A stretch of DNA of 64,000 nt from Clostridia bacterium (GTDB taxonomy: Bacteria > Bacillota > Clostridia > UBA1212 > DUPL01): positions 576,001 to 640,000 of the forward strand of contig JBMNIW010000012.1 in NCBI GenBank assembly GCA_050951325.1, in the 5' to 3' direction. Shown here in pieces: positions 28,966 through 38,067 of this stretch. Under the pieces are notes generated by a model, which saw only the letters and a list, made by a program, of their open reading frames with translations, was not told the DNA's origin and did no database searches. The position numbers were made by a program, and so were the translations under genes. The stretch's first letter is position 1, and each line of letters begins with the position of its first letter.

Positions 28966-28983
28966 TTGTTAAAAAATAATCAA
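28966..28983. promoter_or_regulatory. Possible Rex operator
   Basis: TTGTTAA-AAAA-TAATCAA, 2 mismatches to TTGTTAA-N4-TTAACAA. Confidence 0.4.
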
Positions 28984-29054
28984 TTTCTACATGTCCAATT
29001 TTATTTGTATTATTGAGGGAAAATTAGTATACTAATAATATAGGGGTGAACAGA

Positions 29055-29783
29055 ATGAGTACACACAAATCAAGCAAAAGATATGAAAGGCAGATGAATT
29101 TACAGAGTCTTCCCGACAACTTTCAGGACTTATTGCGTAATAGCAAGGTGTTGATTCTGGGAGCAGGAGGCTTGGGCTGTGCAGCCTCCATTTATGTCGC
29201 TGCAGCTGGTGTTGGAAAAATAACGGTGGTGGACAGGGACACTATAAACGAGCCCGACTTGAACAGACAGATACTCTATACACCGGAGGACATAGGAAAA
29301 AAGAAAGCCAAAACATGTGTGGAGAGGCTACATAAATTCAACCCGGATATAGAATGTGTGGGATTGGCAAAGGAGATAAATGACAAACTACTAAAGGACC
29401 TTGTTCCGAAGCATGATATTGTCATGGATTTATGCGACAACTATTCCACGAGAATAAAAATAGCTGAAGCATGTCAAAAATATGGTAGGCAATGTGTGGT
29501 TGCAGCTGTAAATGGACTTGAAGGATTTGTGATGGTTACAGACAAAGGTTCTGCATGTTTTGGTTGCCTTTATCCTGACGAAGTAAAGCTTTCAGTCAGC
29601 CCGCCGAGGGTTTTGGGAGCAGCAGCAGGAAATGTGGGAGTTCTAGCTGCCATGCGATGCATACTGACTTTATGTAATGTTGGAAAGGTCGGTGTCATGT
29701 ATTGTCTTGATTTTATAAACATGATTATTGACGAGATAGAGATAACGAAAAGCACCAATTGTCATGTTTGCTGCAAGGCTTGA
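29055..29783 (+). CDS. MoeB/ThiF family adenylyltransferase
   Basis: RYERQ, GAGGLG, DRD..DLNRQ, CDN, CFGC and CHVC zinc motifs. Confidence 0.9.
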   Translation: MSTHKSSKRYERQMNLQSLPDNFQDLLRNSKVLILGAGGLGCAASIYVAAAGVGKITVVDRDTINEPDLNRQILYTPEDIGKKKAKTCVERLHKFNPDIECVGLAKEINDKLLKDLVPKHDIVMDLCDNYSTRIKIAEACQKYGRQCVVAAVNGLEGFVMVTDKGSACFGCLYPDEVKLSVSPPRVLGAAAGNVGVLAAMRCILTLCNVGKVGVMYCLDFINMIIDEIEITKSTNCHVCCKA

Positions 29784-29854
29784 CGCCTTGTTTTTTAGTC
29801 TTAAAAGTGGGATAATATATATCTCACCGTAAAGTTGATAAAGCGGAGGTTGTT

Positions 29855-30829
29855 ATGAATTATAGAGAATTGAAGATATTTGCAGGGAACTCGAACATAC
29901 CTTTGGCCAGGTCGATTGCCAAAAGACTTGGAAGAGACCTGGGGAAATGTACGGTGGGAAAATTCAGCGATGGAGAGACCAGCATAGATATTGCAGAAGC
30001 GGTGAGAGGAGATGACGTCTTTATCGTACAATCTACCTCAAGACCTGTAAACGATCATCTGGTTGAACTTCTTATTCTTATTGACGCAATGAAGAGAGCA
30101 TCTGCGGGAAGGATTACTGCGGTAATACCCTATTTTGGCTACGCACGCCAGGACAGAAAGGCAAAGAGAAGGGACCCCATATCAGCAAAGCTGGTTGCAA
30201 ATATGATTACCTGTGCAGGTGCCGACAGGGTACTTTCCATGGATCTGCATACAGCACAGATTGAAGGTTTTTTTGATGTGCCTGTGGATCATCTGTCTGG
30301 TGCTCCAATACTGGCAGACTACTTCATGAAAACCTTTGGTGATGAGGAATTTGTAGTTGTAGCCCCGGATGTGGGAGGCGTGGCAAGGGCAAGGAAGTTT
30401 GCCCAGAAGCTTGATGCATCGCCTCTTGCAATTATAGACAAGCGTCGTCAGGCGGCCAATGAATGTGAGATTATGAATATAATTGGAGATGTAAAGGGAA
30501 AACACTGCATAATGATAGACGATATAATTGACACGGCAGGCACTGTATGCAAAGGCGCCGAACTTTTGATGGAGAAGGGAGCGAAGACGGTATACGCATG
30601 CTGTACTCACGGTGTGTTTTCAGGAAACGCAATTGAGAATATAAATAATTCTGCGATAAAGGAACTGATTATGCTGGATACCATTAATACTAACCATGAT
30701 ATTTCTCCAAAGATTAAGATTCTTTCATCCGCACCTTTCTTTGCATGGGCAATAGAAAGAATATCCGGAGACAAATCGCTGAATCAATTCCATGACACGG
30801 ACTGGCAGGAAGATATATTTATACTTTGA
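29855..30829 (+). CDS. prs: Ribose-phosphate pyrophosphokinase
   Basis: FSDGE, PYFGYARQDRK, DLH, PDVGG, DDIIDTAGT. Confidence 0.97.
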   Translation: MNYRELKIFAGNSNIPLARSIAKRLGRDLGKCTVGKFSDGETSIDIAEAVRGDDVFIVQSTSRPVNDHLVELLILIDAMKRASAGRITAVIPYFGYARQDRKAKRRDPISAKLVANMITCAGADRVLSMDLHTAQIEGFFDVPVDHLSGAPILADYFMKTFGDEEFVVVAPDVGGVARARKFAQKLDASPLAIIDKRRQAANECEIMNIIGDVKGKHCIMIDDIIDTAGTVCKGAELLMEKGAKTVYACCTHGVFSGNAIENINNSAIKELIMLDTINTNHDISPKIKILSSAPFFAWAIERISGDKSLNQFHDTDWQEDIFIL

Positions 30830-30840
30830 CGGGGGATGCG

Positions 30841-31443
30841 ATGTTAAGAAAGATTTTTGGAAATACAAGCAGTGAAAACACCTATGTTGTGATAGGTTTG
30901 GGCAACATAGGTGACGAATATGCCAACACTAGACACAATATGGGCTTCATGGCCATCGATATTTTAGCCAGCAGACTGGGCATAAATATTTCTAGACGGA
31001 AATATCAAGGCTATTACGGTGAAGGCAGGTATGAAGGGAAAAAGGTTGTATTGGTAAAGCCTGCTACGTATATGAACAGAAGCGGCGACTGTGTTGCCCA
31101 ATTACTAAACAGATACAAGATTTCTCTGGACAAACTGATTATTCTCTATGACGATGTGGATATAAAGGCGGGAAGTATAAGAGTAAGGGCTAAAGGCAGT
31201 GCGGGAAGCCACAACGGAATGCGTTCGGTATTGAAAGCGACAGGAAGTGAGGAGTTTCCAAGAATAAGGATAGGTATCGGAAAAAATCCGCCGGATGTGG
31301 ATATTGTCCAATACGTACTTGGAAGAATAGGAAAGGAAGAAGCCTCTGTATTGCGAAAAGGTATTGAAAAAGCGTCGGAAGCTGCATTGCTGATTATGAG
31401 TGAAGGAATTGAAAGGGCAATGAATATATGCAACCAAAACTGA
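30841..31443 (+). CDS. pth: Peptidyl-tRNA hydrolase
   Basis: GLGN..YANTRHNMGF, KPATYMNRSG, GSAGSHNG, RIRIGIG. Confidence 0.96.
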   Translation: MLRKIFGNTSSENTYVVIGLGNIGDEYANTRHNMGFMAIDILASRLGINISRRKYQGYYGEGRYEGKKVVLVKPATYMNRSGDCVAQLLNRYKISLDKLIILYDDVDIKAGSIRVRAKGSAGSHNGMRSVLKATGSEEFPRIRIGIGKNPPDVDIVQYVLGRIGKEEASVLRKGIEKASEAALLIMSEGIERAMNICNQN

Positions 31444-34400
31444 ACCTTTTGTTTGAACCGGTCAGACAATGGGAAGACCTAAAAAGATTGGTCGGTTCAA
31501 TTAAGAATAAGGACAAAACAACAGTGACAGGCCTTTCTGAATCAAGAAAGGTCCATTTTGCGTGCCTGTTGGCAAGAGAAACAGGCAAAAAGATTCTGTA
31601 TGTCGCGTCAAATGAATATGCTGCGTTAAGGGCATATGAGGATTTTTCCTTCTTTGCACCTGACAAGGTTGTTTTGTTTGAACCTAATGAATACATGCTC
31701 TATGATGTGGAAGCCAGAAGTACTGATGTTGGAATCAGGAGAATGATGGCGCTGGAGAAAATCGTCAAGGGAGAATGGGAGATGGTTGTTGTCAGCGTAA
31801 ATGCGTTAATGCAGTGGATGCCTTCTCCCAAGGACTTTGTAAACTCCTTTTTATTTATAAAAAAAGACGATATATTTGAAACAACAGAGATTGCTGAAAT
31901 GCTTGTACAAAGGGGATACGAAAGAGTAACCCAGGTCCTTTCAAGGGGACAGTTTTCCTTGAGGGGAGACATACTTGATGTTTACCCAGTATCTTCAGAG
32001 CAGGCATACAGGATTGAGTTTTTTGACAACATAATAGACCAGATAAGGATAATGAATGTAAACACCCAAAGGTCTGGTGATACTGTCGATAGTCTGAAAA
32101 TACTTCCTGCAAGGGAGAATCTTCTTTTTGATGTTTACCATGAACTAAAGGTGCTGGACAAGATACAAAGATCGCTTGAAAGACTAACAACGTCTTTGAA
32201 AGAAAGAGGAAAAACAGGCAATGCCAGAAGGATTGAACTCCAGGTAAAATCCGATATGGAAAAACTGTCGTCAAGGGGTACTTTTCCCGGCTATGACAGA
32301 TATATCCCGTTCATTATCGGTCATGAATACACTCTTCTTGACTATATGGAAGAAGTGCTTGTATTCATGGATGATCCGGATAGAATGGAGGATACTGTCA
32401 ACACAATAATTGAAGACCATGCAAGGATATGCGACTCCATAAGCGAGAAAAAAGGCCTTCTCTCAGAAACTTATGACATGCATATGGATTTTCCAACGTT
32501 GGATAGGAAGACAATCAAATTTCCTAAAGTGGAACTAGTTTCAACCGACAGTGCAGATTTCACCATTCCATCGAAGCAGGTTCTGTCTTTTGTCAGGAAT
32601 CCTTCATTGTTTCTTGAGCAGATTAGTACATGGATTGATGACGGTTACCTTGTTGTGATTTTGGTAGGTTCCGAGAGCAAAGTACGACGCATGGCGGAAA
32701 TGCTTGCTGAAGACGGTATTGATCCTTCCAGGGTTAACATAATGGTGGGAGGACTTCAATCGGGATTTGAATATCCGGACTTCAAGCTTGCTGTTATCAG
32801 CGACAGTTCATTGCTGAAAGGAAGAACTGCAAAAAGACGAGCATCCCTTAAGGATGGAAAACCCATAGCAAGTTTTGCAGAAATAAAGCCTGGGGACTAT
32901 GTTGTCCATGATACTTATGGAATAGGAGTATTTACGGGTCTTGAGACAATAGAAATAGATAATGTAAAAAGAGATTATATCAGAATAAAATATGCAGGCA
33001 GCGATTCATTGTTCATACCCACAGACCAGCTGTCTGCGATACAAAAATATATTGGACCTGAAGCGGGTTCTTTAAGACTTAACAAGCTTGGTGGAAGCGA
33101 GTGGAAGAATACCACCGGCAAAGTAAAGGAATCACTGAGGGTATATGCAAAGGAATTGGTTGAGCTTTATGCTAAAAGGGCAAATACAAAAGGGTATGCC
33201 TTTTCAAAGGATACGGTTTGGCAAAAGGAGTTTGAAGACAGCTTTATATACGAAGAGACTGAAGACCAGCTGAAATGCGTGGAAGAGATAAAGGCCGACA
33301 TGGAAAAGTCCATGCCAATGGAAAGGCTTCTTTGCGGAGATGTGGGTTATGGAAAAACAGAAGTTGCTTTAAGAGCTGCATTTAAAGCAATATGCGATGG
33401 CAAACAAGTGGCATTTTTAGTACCAACAACCGTACTTGCACAGCAGCATTACAAGAACTTTGTAGAAAGATTCAAGGATTTTCCTGTAAAAGTTGAGCAT
33501 TTGAGCAGATTCAGGACAAGCGCCGAGAAAAACAAAATATTAAGAGAATTAAAAAAAGGCAGTATAGATCTATTGGTTGGAACCCACAGTATTATACAAC
33601 GAAACATAGAATTTAAGGATTTGGGTCTGTTGATTATAGATGAGGAGCAGCGTTTTGGTGTCATGCACAAAGAAAAGCTCAAGCAAGACTGGCCGGGTGT
33701 GGATATTTTGACATTGTCTGCAACACCAATACCAAGAACTCTTCACATGTCCCTTTCCGGCATAAGGGATATCAGCATCATACAGGATCCTCCCGAAGCC
33801 AGATATCCTGTGCAAACATATGTCATTGAGTGGGAAGAGCCTGTTATACGTAATGCAATATACAGGGAGATGAGCCGAAAGGGTCAGATATTCTACCTGT
33901 ACAACAGGGTAAGGGGTATTGAAGAAAAAAGAAGACAGCTGTCAGAGCTTGTTCCTGAAGCAAGGATTGTAGTTGCCCATGGTCAGATGTCGGAAAGGAC
34001 CCTCGAGGAAACCATGCTGGCCTTTGGCAGGGGTGATTATGATATCCTTTTGTGTACCACAATAATTGAATCAGGACTTGATATGCCAAACGTCAATACT
34101 GTAATTGTGGAAGACGGTGACAAGCTTGGACTTGCCCAGTTGTATCAGATAAGGGGAAGAGTAGGAAGATCGGACAGACTTGCCTATGCTTATATCACCT
34201 ACAAGAAAGACAAGGAACTGAATGAGATTGCCGAAAGAAGACTTAGGACCATTAGGGAGTTTACCGAGTTTGGATCCGGATTCAAGATTGCATTGAGGGA
34301 CTTGGAAATAAGGGGAGCTGGAAGTGTTCTTGGTGAAAAACAGCATGGACAGCTGGCAGCGGTCGGTTACGACATGTATTGCAAGCTGCTTGCAGAGGTT

Positions 34401-34820
34401 GTTCAGGAAGAGCGAGGTATCGAGCCTTCTGAAATCAAGGAGGAAATCAGTGCCAAAGTAGAGTTTCAGGTGGATGCATATATTGACTCTGCGTACATTG
34501 AAGACGAAGAGGCAAGACTTGTAATGTACAAGAAAATTGCAGGCATACAAAGCAGGGAAGATATTGGAGAGGTTGTAGACGAACTCATAGACAGGTTTGG
34601 AGATGTGCCTGAGAGCGTTTACAATCTTATTCAAATCTCATATATCCGCTATCTTGCCGGAAAGTGCAAATTTGCATCCGTTGTATGTAAGAACACTCAT
34701 GTTGCCTTTGTTGATGCAAACAACAAAACTGCCTTTACCCTTCCTGCCAAAAACAAAAAGCCTGAGGAGCTTTTAAAGGAAACTGTTGACGTGCTTGAAG
34801 GAATAGTTGGTAATAGATGA
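31428..34820 (+). CDS. mfd: Transcription-repair coupling factor
   Basis: GDYVVH..GIG, CGDVGYGKTEVA, DEEQRFG, SATPIPRT, QIRGRVGR, C-terminal TRCF domain. Confidence 0.97.
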   Translation: MQPKLNLLFEPVRQWEDLKRLVGSIKNKDKTTVTGLSESRKVHFACLLARETGKKILYVASNEYAALRAYEDFSFFAPDKVVLFEPNEYMLYDVEARSTDVGIRRMMALEKIVKGEWEMVVVSVNALMQWMPSPKDFVNSFLFIKKDDIFETTEIAEMLVQRGYERVTQVLSRGQFSLRGDILDVYPVSSEQAYRIEFFDNIIDQIRIMNVNTQRSGDTVDSLKILPARENLLFDVYHELKVLDKIQRSLERLTTSLKERGKTGNARRIELQVKSDMEKLSSRGTFPGYDRYIPFIIGHEYTLLDYMEEVLVFMDDPDRMEDTVNTIIEDHARICDSISEKKGLLSETYDMHMDFPTLDRKTIKFPKVELVSTDSADFTIPSKQVLSFVRNPSLFLEQISTWIDDGYLVVILVGSESKVRRMAEMLAEDGIDPSRVNIMVGGLQSGFEYPDFKLAVISDSSLLKGRTAKRRASLKDGKPIASFAEIKPGDYVVHDTYGIGVFTGLETIEIDNVKRDYIRIKYAGSDSLFIPTDQLSAIQKYIGPEAGSLRLNKLGGSEWKNTTGKVKESLRVYAKELVELYAKRANTKGYAFSKDTVWQKEFEDSFIYEETEDQLKCVEEIKADMEKSMPMERLLCGDVGYGKTEVALRAAFKAICDGKQVAFLVPTTVLAQQHYKNFVERFKDFPVKVEHLSRFRTSAEKNKILRELKKGSIDLLVGTHSIIQRNIEFKDLGLLIIDEEQRFGVMHKEKLKQDWPGVDILTLSATPIPRTLHMSLSGIRDISIIQDPPEARYPVQTYVIEWEEPVIRNAIYREMSRKGQIFYLYNRVRGIEEKRRQLSELVPEARIVVAHGQMSERTLEETMLAFGRGDYDILLCTTIIESGLDMPNVNTVIVEDGDKLGLAQLYQIRGRVGRSDRLAYAYITYKKDKELNEIAERRLRTIREFTEFGSGFKIALRDLEIRGAGSVLGEKQHGQLAAVGYDMYCKLLAEVVQEERGIEPSEIKEEISAKVEFQVDAYIDSAYIEDEEARLVMYKKIAGIQSREDIGEVVDELIDRFGDVPESVYNLIQISYIRYLAGKCKFASVVCKNTHVAFVDANNKTAFTLPAKNKKPEELLKETVDVLEGIVGNR

Positions 34821-34934
34821 TTTTTAATCATTATTCAAAGTTTATAAAATATTTATTGATATATTCGTTTTTAAGTAGTATAATCTTAAAGGCAATTCTG
34901 CATTAAATAAGTTTAGAGGGCGGTAGAGAATATA

Positions 34935-36161
34935 ATGGCTACGAATGTAAAGGTCAAAAAGAAAAAAGGAACATATGACAATCCCAAACTCTTTACGTAC
35001 ATTACGATTGGTTTGGCTGCAATTATCATACTAATAACAGTTATTGCTATTGTAATATATACGACGGGAAATTATGTAGGATACGTTAATGGAAAGAAAT
35101 TATACGATTATGAATATGAATACTATTTATATCTTGAGTTGTCTGAGATGCAGGCGGAAATTGACGTGGAAGGTTTGTCAGACCAGGAGAAGACCGAGAA
35201 ATACAGGGAGTTCTGGAACACCCCTGATGAAAATGGAGTATATCCTGAAGAAAAAGCAAAGATGAATGCACTGGAAGAAGCAAGAAAGTTCAAGGCGTTC
35301 TATCTCTTGGCTAAAAAAGAAGGGTACAAGCTGTCCAAAGAAGAGCAGAGCAATATAAAGACAAATATAGATTTTACGCTTCAGCAGTGGATGAGTCAGT
35401 ATGCCAACATGGGAATGAGCGTGCCAAGAGAAGCTCTCATTAGAAATCTGTGCGGCACAATGACTTTGAACCAGTACAAGAAGTACATGATTCAGTATGC
35501 AACCATTGAGAAGTACAAGGATGCTCTCAAGGAGACATACACAATTAGCGATGAAGAAATTAGAAACATTTACAATGAAGACAGGGACAAGTACAGAGTC
35601 GTTGATATTAGAGTTTTGTTCATGGAAGCTGTTAATGAAGAAGGCGAAGACATGACAGAGGAAGAATACGAGGAACTCCTTGAAAAGGCAGAGGAAATTG
35701 CCAAGTCCTTCAATGAGACAGGAAAGTATGATGATAAGGAGTTTCCAGAGTATGTGAAGGAAAACACCGATGAGTATACAACCGATGGTATCCACAGAAT
35801 TATTAAAGAGAGCAGGGAGCACAACGTCGAAAAGATAAATGAATTTGCTTACGAGCTCGAAAAGGAAGACTTTAATGAAGACGGCGTTACAGAACATGTT
35901 GTCATTGAAGACGAGGATAAAAAAGGAGTATATATAGTTCGCGGTGAGAAGATTATTGATATTGACACCGAAAAGGATGAGGAAGACGAAAACGAGGTGT
36001 CTGGTCAGGATATTAAAGACAGGATTATTGCTGAAAGAAAAGAAGAAATCGCCGTTGAAGACCTCGAAAAGGCTGTTGACAATGAAACTTACGCAGTCAA
36101 AAAGGTTAAAGACAAGGTAATGCAGAAATACGTTGACGAATGGGATTTGAGAAATCAGTAA
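34935..36161 (+). CDS. PrsA/SurA-like membrane-anchored foldase (divergent)
   Basis: N-terminal TM, VGYVNGKKL, ISDEEIRNIY pattern, conserved position after mfd. Confidence 0.6.
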   Translation: MATNVKVKKKKGTYDNPKLFTYITIGLAAIIILITVIAIVIYTTGNYVGYVNGKKLYDYEYEYYLYLELSEMQAEIDVEGLSDQEKTEKYREFWNTPDENGVYPEEKAKMNALEEARKFKAFYLLAKKEGYKLSKEEQSNIKTNIDFTLQQWMSQYANMGMSVPREALIRNLCGTMTLNQYKKYMIQYATIEKYKDALKETYTISDEEIRNIYNEDRDKYRVVDIRVLFMEAVNEEGEDMTEEEYEELLEKAEEIAKSFNETGKYDDKEFPEYVKENTDEYTTDGIHRIIKESREHNVEKINEFAYELEKEDFNEDGVTEHVVIEDEDKKGVYIVRGEKIIDIDTEKDEEDENEVSGQDIKDRIIAERKEEIAVEDLEKAVDNETYAVKKVKDKVMQKYVDEWDLRNQ

Positions 36162-36164
36162 ATA

Positions 36165-36190
36165 AAGCCCCTCCAGAAATGGAGGGGTTA
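36165..36190 (+). terminator. Probable intrinsic terminator
   Basis: GCCCCTCCA-gaaa-TGGAGGGGT hairpin. Confidence 0.65.
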
Positions 36191-36258
36191 ATTATTGGGC
36201 TTGTACAAACCTTTGTTTTGTGTTAGTATTAAGATAGTTCATGACAAAGGGGTGCCTT

Positions 36259-38067
36259 ATGAACATTGTTCGATTTAATAAATGCCTATTAATGTTGCTT
36301 GGCGTTATTTTCTTTTTTCAGACTGTTCATGCCAATTTAAAAGACTACGAAACCATCTACGTAGATGACATGGCTTACGCAATGGAGAATACATATATAA
36401 AAGAAGAAATTAGATTTGAAGTTCCCTATGCTCTTTCAAAGTACAATGTGACAAGAACAGATGATGGGGGCTATTTGTTTCTTCATGTTGATGGGAATAG
36501 ATTAAGCTCTGTTAAATATGACGCAGAGGGAAAATGTGTGTTTGGAGACCCTCTTGATTCTGGCAACTACAAACTTATACTCGAGGATGAAGAAAAACAA
36601 GTGGAAGTTTTAAAGTCAAGATTTAATCTTGCTGATATGCAGGAGTATAATCTTGTTAATCATGTGGCTTGTTTTGACGATGAATATTTCTATCTGCCGA
36701 TAATTTCAACTGACGAAAGTATTGTCATATCAATGGTTAGGTTCAGTTTGGTTGACGGAATGCCTGACTATGCATACAAGGAAGATTTGTTTGAAACTGA
36801 GAAAGACAATTGCTTTTCCTTTGGAGCTGTTCATGCAGGAGATGGTATTGTTGTGGTGAATATAGACAAATATGTTTATGAAGAAGACAACCTTGTTTCC
36901 CTAATGCATGAGATTTGGCTTGCTGGTTTGGGTTTTGAAAAGAAGCTTGTTTACTCTGAGGAGAAAAGGATAGATGAGCTTGAGGAGGGAGCGATTGTCA
37001 GAAAGTCAGCAGTTTCCCATATGGCAGTTTCTTATGAAAACGACGTATATTTTGTAGAAGGTGTTATGTATGGTGAATATAATAAGGATGGCGAACATGA
37101 AGTGGAATGCCGGGTGTACAGGCTTGGAGAGGATTCTTTTGCAGCAAGCGTAAACGAGCTTGTTGAGATGGATTATACTTTGGAAAATGGTGAATACTAC
37201 TCCGTAAACCTGCTGCCGTCCAACAAGGGTCTTGGATGCATATTCAACTTCTGCGACGTCCAAAGCGATCTGGACAGCATATATACATATTATTCGGCAA
37301 TTATTCTTTTATCGTATGAGGATATGAGCGTTCAATTCATAGCATATTATCCAGAAAGTGAATTGGTTGATGTAAATGACACTGAAATGCTGAGATATCA
37401 GAATTACCTTGACCTTCTAGAAATTAATGATGAGCTGACTACTGTTTGGGAGTACAGAATGCCGACAGAAGATGTCATCTTTTTGGGAGAGTTGAAGAGT
37501 TTAAGTTTTGTTATGCTGGATGATGAGGGTAATGTAAAGGATACCCTTATCATGAAAGAGTCATTGACAAACGCAGAAGCCATCTATGGATGTGCAGGGA
37601 CAAACAGATTGTATGTATTTGATGACATACCTGAGTACGACAAATACACACAGGTTCTTTCTCCGGATACGATTGTATCTTTTGTATCTATGGGTTACGG
37701 AGTTGCTTACACTGTAACGGGACTAACTGCAGTGGTAGTTGAAGTTGATGAAGAAGCAAACGTAATTGAAGGTTTAAGAATAAACAATATAAATATTGAT
37801 GAATTGTCAGAAGAAGTTTATGTGGAATTTGAAGAACAAAGGCTTGAAAATTGCATGTTTTCCCACGATAAGGAAGGAGATTACATCGTCACTATTGTAG
37901 TTGTTTCAAGTGATGGTAGAGAGTTCAGGTTTGAAAGAGAAGTAACTGTAATTCCGTCAAGTGTTGTGAATCCTCCTACCGGGGAGCCATGGCTGGCATT
38001 GTCACTGGTTGTGGCTATTGTCATGCCGCTTGTGTTATGCAAAACGGAGAGGAGAAAACATGCCTAA
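36259..38067 (+). CDS. Secreted acidic surface protein with NPxTG-type sorting signal
   Basis: Signal peptide ending VHA; C-terminal NPPTGE + hydrophobic stretch + ERRKHA tail. Confidence 0.65.
   Translation: MNIVRFNKCLLMLLGVIFFFQTVHANLKDYETIYVDDMAYAMENTYIKEEIRFEVPYALSKYNVTRTDDGGYLFLHVDGNRLSSVKYDAEGKCVFGDPLDSGNYKLILEDEEKQVEVLKSRFNLADMQEYNLVNHVACFDDEYFYLPIISTDESIVISMVRFSLVDGMPDYAYKEDLFETEKDNCFSFGAVHAGDGIVVVNIDKYVYEEDNLVSLMHEIWLAGLGFEKKLVYSEEKRIDELEEGAIVRKSAVSHMAVSYENDVYFVEGVMYGEYNKDGEHEVECRVYRLGEDSFAASVNELVEMDYTLENGEYYSVNLLPSNKGLGCIFNFCDVQSDLDSIYTYYSAIILLSYEDMSVQFIAYYPESELVDVNDTEMLRYQNYLDLLEINDELTTVWEYRMPTEDVIFLGELKSLSFVMLDDEGNVKDTLIMKESLTNAEAIYGCAGTNRLYVFDDIPEYDKYTQVLSPDTIVSFVSMGYGVAYTVTGLTAVVVEVDEEANVIEGLRINNINIDELSEEVYVEFEEQRLENCMFSHDKEGDYIVTIVVVSSDGREFRFEREVTVIPSSVVNPPTGEPWLALSLVVAIVMPLVLCKTERRKHA

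Noticed and set aside
35178-35897. 239-aa hydrophobic antisense ORF
   Set aside because: Mirror of a Glu/Lys-rich sense gene; no RBS or family motif
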